Assembly: GCA_965277715.1 (NCBI GenBank)
Contig: OZ255836.1
Coordinates: forward strand, 160,001-224,000
Origin: Gammaproteobacteria bacterium
GTDB taxonomy: Bacteria > Pseudomonadota > Gammaproteobacteria > JBCCGL01
Direction: 5' to 3'
Length of the DNA: 64,000 nt
Shown: positions 59,995 to 64,000 of the stretch, in pieces
Layout of the letters: each line of letters begins with the position of its first letter
Position numbering within the stretch: position 1 is the stretch's first letter
Program-made: the position numbers and the translations under genes
The notes under the pieces: model-generated
What the model saw: only the letters and a program-made list of their open reading frames with translations
Told to the model about the DNA's origin: nothing
Database searches by the model: none

Positions 59995-60309
59995 AAGGTA
60001 ATAACTGGTTTGAATACACAGGAAAAAAGACGCTTACTTACCCGGTTATTGAAGATTATGGCGTGGATCATCATCGTGGTGAGTGTCTTTGTGTTTTTTT
60101 AGGTGGTGGCCAGGGGCGCCTATCGGCCAGAGGGCATACCAATCACGCTATGCTTAACCATTGATCAAACACGGATTTAACGGCCTTTTAAGGCATCCTC
60201 TAGGTTATGCGCAAATAATGTTGGTTTTGTCGTATTTGGTATCGTAAACAGCGGTTTAATTGATAATAATCCGCCAGGTTTTGATCCTTTTTAACGATGA
60301 GGCAGTGCA

Positions 60310-61200
60310 ATGAATAACGCGGTTTTTATTACCTGTGCCGTAACCGGCTCTGGCAATACCTTTAATAGACACCCGGCAATTCCGGCCTCACCGGAGCAGA
60401 TTGCCAATGCCGCCATTGAGGCAGCGCAGGCGGGTGCTGCAATCGCCCATATCCATGTGCGCGAGCCGGAGACGGGCGCGCCTTCGCGCAATCCCAAATA
60501 TTACAAAGAGGTGTGTGACCGCGTGCGTGACTCCGGCACCGATGTGATTCTCAATCTTACCGCCGGTATGGGCGGTGATATGGTGTTTGGTGAGGGTGAA
60601 AACCTGTTGCCACTGGCGGCGGGTACGGATATGGCAGGCCCCCTGGAACGCTTGCAGCATGTCGAGGAGTGCCTGCCGGAAATCTGCACGCTGGACTGTG
60701 GCACCATGAACTTTGCTGAAGCCAATTACGTGATGACCAACACGCCGGGGGTGCTTAACACGATGGCAAAACGCGTTAGGGAACTGGGCGTACGACCTGA
60801 ACTGGAGGTTTTCGATACCGGCCACCTGGTCTATGTGAAAGAGATGATTAAGCAGGGCCTGCTCGAAGACCCGATAATGATCCAACTGTGCATGGGGATC
60901 CCCTACGGCGCCCCCGATGATATCAATACGTTTATGGCCCTGGTTAACAACCTGCCACCGAATGCGACCTTTTCAGCTTTTTCCATTGGGCGGCGCCAAT
61001 TGCCCTTTGTGGCGATGGCGATGCTGGCCGGTGGCAATATCCGGGTGGGGCTTGAAGATAATCTGTATCTTGAAAAAGGCGTATATGCGAGTAATGGGTC
61101 ACTGGTTGAGCGCGCCGTAACGATTGCCCGTGCGATGAATGTCGATATTTTAGGCCCGGCGGTGGTGCGTGAAAAATTGTCGCTCAAAGTACAGCACTGA
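60310..61200 (+). CDS. Beta-keto acid cleavage enzyme (DUF849/BKACE; 3-dehydrocarnitine cleavage-like)
   Basis: ITCAVTG, AHIHVR, RVGLEDN; next to carnitine dehydrogenase. Confidence 0.92.
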   Translation: MNNAVFITCAVTGSGNTFNRHPAIPASPEQIANAAIEAAQAGAAIAHIHVREPETGAPSRNPKYYKEVCDRVRDSGTDVILNLTAGMGGDMVFGEGENLLPLAAGTDMAGPLERLQHVEECLPEICTLDCGTMNFAEANYVMTNTPGVLNTMAKRVRELGVRPELEVFDTGHLVYVKEMIKQGLLEDPIMIQLCMGIPYGAPDDINTFMALVNNLPPNATFSAFSIGRRQLPFVAMAMLAGGNIRVGLEDNLYLEKGVYASNGSLVERAVTIARAMNVDILGPAVVREKLSLKVQH

Positions 61201-61211
61201 GGTTTATTGGT

Positions 61212-62204
61212 ATGGCGCAAATAAAAAAAGCCGGTTTGATCGGTGGGGGCGTGATCGGTGCGGCGTGGGCGGCGCGGATGATGATCAACGGTATCGATGT
61301 GAGCATCTGTGACCCAGACCCGGAGGCCGGGCGGAAAACCAGCGAGGTACTGCAAAATGCCCTGCGCGCCTATGGCAGATTGATACCGGTACCGCTGGAT
61401 AATATCGGCACTTTTTCGATTACCACCTCGGTTGAAACGGCCTGCGAAGGCGCTGAGTTTATTCAGGAGAGCCTGCCCGAGCGCATTGCCTTAAAACAAC
61501 AGGTACTCGCCAAAGCCAGCGCGGCGGCGGGGGCTGATATTGTTATTGGCTCCTCGACCTCCGGTTTATTGCCCACCGATATGCAGCGCGACTGCCCGCA
61601 CCCGGAGCGCATTGTGGTCGGTCACCCCTTCAACCCGGTGTACCTGATGCCGCTGGTGGAAATCTGTGGCGGTGAAAAAACCAGCGATGACACCAAACAA
61701 CGCGCCAGTGCGTTTTACCAGTCGATTGGTATGCACCCGCTGTTAGTGCGTAAGGAAGTGGATGCGTTTATCGCCGACCGCTTGATGGAGGCCCTGTGGC
61801 GTGAAGCCCTGCACATGATCAAGGATGGCGTTGCCACCACGGATGAAATCGACCAGGCGATGTGCTTTGGGCCGGGTTTGCGCTGGTCGTTTATGGGCAC
61901 TTTTCTGGTGTACCGGTTAGCGGGGGGGGAATCGGGCATGAAACATTTCCTCAATCAGTTTGGCCCCACACTGGAGCTGCCCTGGACCCACCTCAAAGCA
62001 CCCGAGTGGACGGATGAACTGGTCGATACCATTTGTGCGCAATCCGATCAACAGGCGGGTGATGTATCGATTCGCGATTACGAACGCCTGCGTGATGATT
62101 GTCTGGTGTCGGTGATGCAGGGCCTGGCACAGCACGACTATGCGGCGGGCGCGGTGTTAAAGCGCTACGATGCATCGCTGCGCGCACTGCACGGCAAGCC
62201 CTGA
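61212..62204 (+). CDS. L-carnitine 3-dehydrogenase
   Basis: GGGVIG, SSTSGL, GHPFNPVYL, FIADRL.EALWRE, GPGLRW. Confidence 0.88.
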   Translation: MAQIKKAGLIGGGVIGAAWAARMMINGIDVSICDPDPEAGRKTSEVLQNALRAYGRLIPVPLDNIGTFSITTSVETACEGAEFIQESLPERIALKQQVLAKASAAAGADIVIGSSTSGLLPTDMQRDCPHPERIVVGHPFNPVYLMPLVEICGGEKTSDDTKQRASAFYQSIGMHPLLVRKEVDAFIADRLMEALWREALHMIKDGVATTDEIDQAMCFGPGLRWSFMGTFLVYRLAGGESGMKHFLNQFGPTLELPWTHLKAPEWTDELVDTICAQSDQQAGDVSIRDYERLRDDCLVSVMQGLAQHDYAAGAVLKRYDASLRALHGKP

Positions 62205-62206
62205 AC

Positions 62207-62980
62207 ATGCAGCGTGTCGTTATTACAGCCGGTGCCTCCGGTATCGGGCGGGCTATCGCCGAGGCGTTTTTACGTGTGGGCGCACAGGTGTATATCGGTG
62301 ATATTGACGCCGATGCGTTCGCCGCGATGCGCGCCGACAACCCAGCCGCCGCTGGCAGCGTTGTCGATGTTGCCGATGAGCAGGCGGTTGACCGCCTGTT
62401 TGCCGCAGCGCGTGCGCACTTTGCGGGCGCTGTTGATGTGCTGGTCAATTGTGCCGGTATCGGCGGCCCGGCGGCGTTTGTTGAAGACCTGAGCTATGAC
62501 GACTGGCGCCGCTGCCTGGCCGTCAATCTCGATGGCACCTTTCTCTGCACGCGGGCGGTATCGGCGGCAATGAAGGCGGCAGGCAGTGGGTCGATTATCA
62601 ATATTTCCTCCACGGCGGGCCTATACGGCTACCCATTGCGCGCTGCGTATGCATCGGCCAAGTGGGCGATTATCGGTTTTACCAAATCGATGGCGATGGA
62701 AATGGGGCCAAGTGGTGTGCGCGTCAATGCAATTTGCCCCGGCTCGGTAAATGGCACACGGATGGACGCGGTGATTGCCAATGAAGCCAGGGCCAAGGGG
62801 ATCGCCGAGTCGGTGATTCGTCAACGCTACACCAAAACCTGCTCATTGCGTACCTTTATCGATGCCGAAGACATTGCCGATATGGCGGTTTTTTTGGCAT
62901 CCTCTGCGGCGAAACGCATCACAGGACAGGCAATCAGCGTCGATGGGCATATCGAAGACCCCGGTGGCCTGGAAGCGTAG
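62207..62980 (+). CDS. SDR oxidoreductase
   Basis: TAGASGIG, YASAK, VNAICPG. Confidence 0.9.
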   Translation: MQRVVITAGASGIGRAIAEAFLRVGAQVYIGDIDADAFAAMRADNPAAAGSVVDVADEQAVDRLFAAARAHFAGAVDVLVNCAGIGGPAAFVEDLSYDDWRRCLAVNLDGTFLCTRAVSAAMKAAGSGSIINISSTAGLYGYPLRAAYASAKWAIIGFTKSMAMEMGPSGVRVNAICPGSVNGTRMDAVIANEARAKGIAESVIRQRYTKTCSLRTFIDAEDIADMAVFLASSAAKRITGQAISVDGHIEDPGGLEA

Positions 62981-63028
62981 ACGACAAAATCAATTCCCTT
63001 ACCTCTATTATTATCTGTAGGAAACCGT

Positions 63029-64000
63029 ATGGATTTTTCTATTAGCGAAGAACAAACCCTGCTCATCGAATCGGCCAAACGTTTTGTTGAGGAAGAACTT
63101 TACCCCTACGAGGCGCAGGTTGAAAAAGATGACAAGGTGCCGCCGGAGCTGGTCGCGCAAATTACTGCACGCGCCATTGATGTCGGCCTATACGCCGCGA
63201 ATATGCCGGAAGCACTGGGTGGCGGCGGGCTGGATATGGTGACCATGTGTATGCTCGACCGCGAACTGGGGCGCGCCAATATGGCGCTGAATTATATCGT
63301 TGGGCGGCCCAGTAACATCCTACAGGCCTGTGTTGGTGAGCAGCGTGAAAAATACCTGTTTCCGTGTATTAACGGGGAGAAAGTCGACTGCCTGGCGATG
63401 ACCGAGCCGGGGGCGGGGTCTGATGTGCGCTCGATGGCGTGTAGTGCGGTGCGCGATGGCGATGATTTTGTGATCGATGGCAGCAAACACTTTATCAGCC
63501 ACGCCGACCTGGCCGATTTTGTCATCCTGTTCGCCGCTACGGGGGTCACGGAAAGCGCCCGGGGGCCACGTAAAAAAATCACCTCATTTCTGGTGGATAA
63601 AGGCACCCCCGGTTTTACCGTGCGCAAGGGCTACGACAATGTGTCACACCGGGGGTATCACAATTTTATTCTTGAATTTGATCGCTGTCGTTTACCTGCA
63701 TCGCAAGTACTGGGTGAAGTCGATCAGGGTTTTGAGGTCGCCAATGACTGGCTGGGTGCCACCCGATTACAGGTCGCCTCGCTCTGTCTGGGGCGTTGCG
63801 ACAGGGCACTGGAAGCCGCTGCTGAATACGCCGCGACCCGCAAACAGTTTGGCCAGACCATTGGTAAATTCCAGGGAGTAAGTTTTAAACTGGCCGATAT
63901 GGAAGTGCGCCGCCGCGCCGCCGGGCTACTGACCTACCAGGCCGCGTGGAAACACGACCAGGGGCAAATGACCGATATGGACGCCGCCATCGCCAAGCTC
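63029..64000 (+). CDS. Acyl-CoA dehydrogenase, 3' end outside window (not in ORF track)
   Basis: Manual translation MDFSISEEQ...AMTEPGAGSD...RKQFGQTIGKFQGV. Confidence 0.9.
   Translation, partial: MDFSISEEQTLLIESAKRFVEEELYPYEAQVEKDDKVPPELVAQITARAIDVGLYAANMPEALGGGGLDMVTMCMLDRELGRANMALNYIVGRPSNILQACVGEQREKYLFPCINGEKVDCLAMTEPGAGSDVRSMACSAVRDGDDFVIDGSKHFISHADLADFVILFAATGVTESARGPRKKITSFLVDKGTPGFTVRKGYDNVSHRGYHNFILEFDRCRLPASQVLGEVDQGFEVANDWLGATRLQVASLCLGRCDRALEAAAEYAATRKQFGQTIGKFQGVSFKLADMEVRRRAAGLLTYQAAWKHDQGQMTDMDAAIAKL

Overview
64 kb from a probable marine gammaproteobacterium. Core blocks (fadJ/fadI-etfBA, mtgA, suhB-trmJ-cysE-rnd-DAHP synthase, sohB-rlmKL, carnitine catabolism) alternate with decayed accessory DNA. 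Main points: (1) A type II-C CRISPR-Cas9 locus (4-repeat array, cas2, cas1, cas9 split by one frameshift). Its tracrRNA lies about 3.6 kb from cas9, behind an IS4-type element that contains a nested IS3. Just upstream of the tracrRNA is a degenerate CRISPR repeat (26/36), which suggests a scaRNA-like or natural single-guide regulatory RNA. (2) A ~7 kb island bounded by a duplicated suhB 3' end carries a crippled diversity-generating retroelement (DGR): two DUF1566/Lcl target genes whose 132-nt 3' ends differ in the adenine-mutagenesis pattern, flanking an apparent avd::RT deletion remnant, with no template repeat in the window. (3) Six attC sites plus one degenerate one in three places, with no integron integrase in the window; one follows an MNT-HEPN gene and ends 5 bp from the CRISPR array. 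(4) Many IS remnants and pseudogenes. Several frameshifts fall in homopolymers and could be sequencing errors. All alignments were done by eye and no databases were searched.
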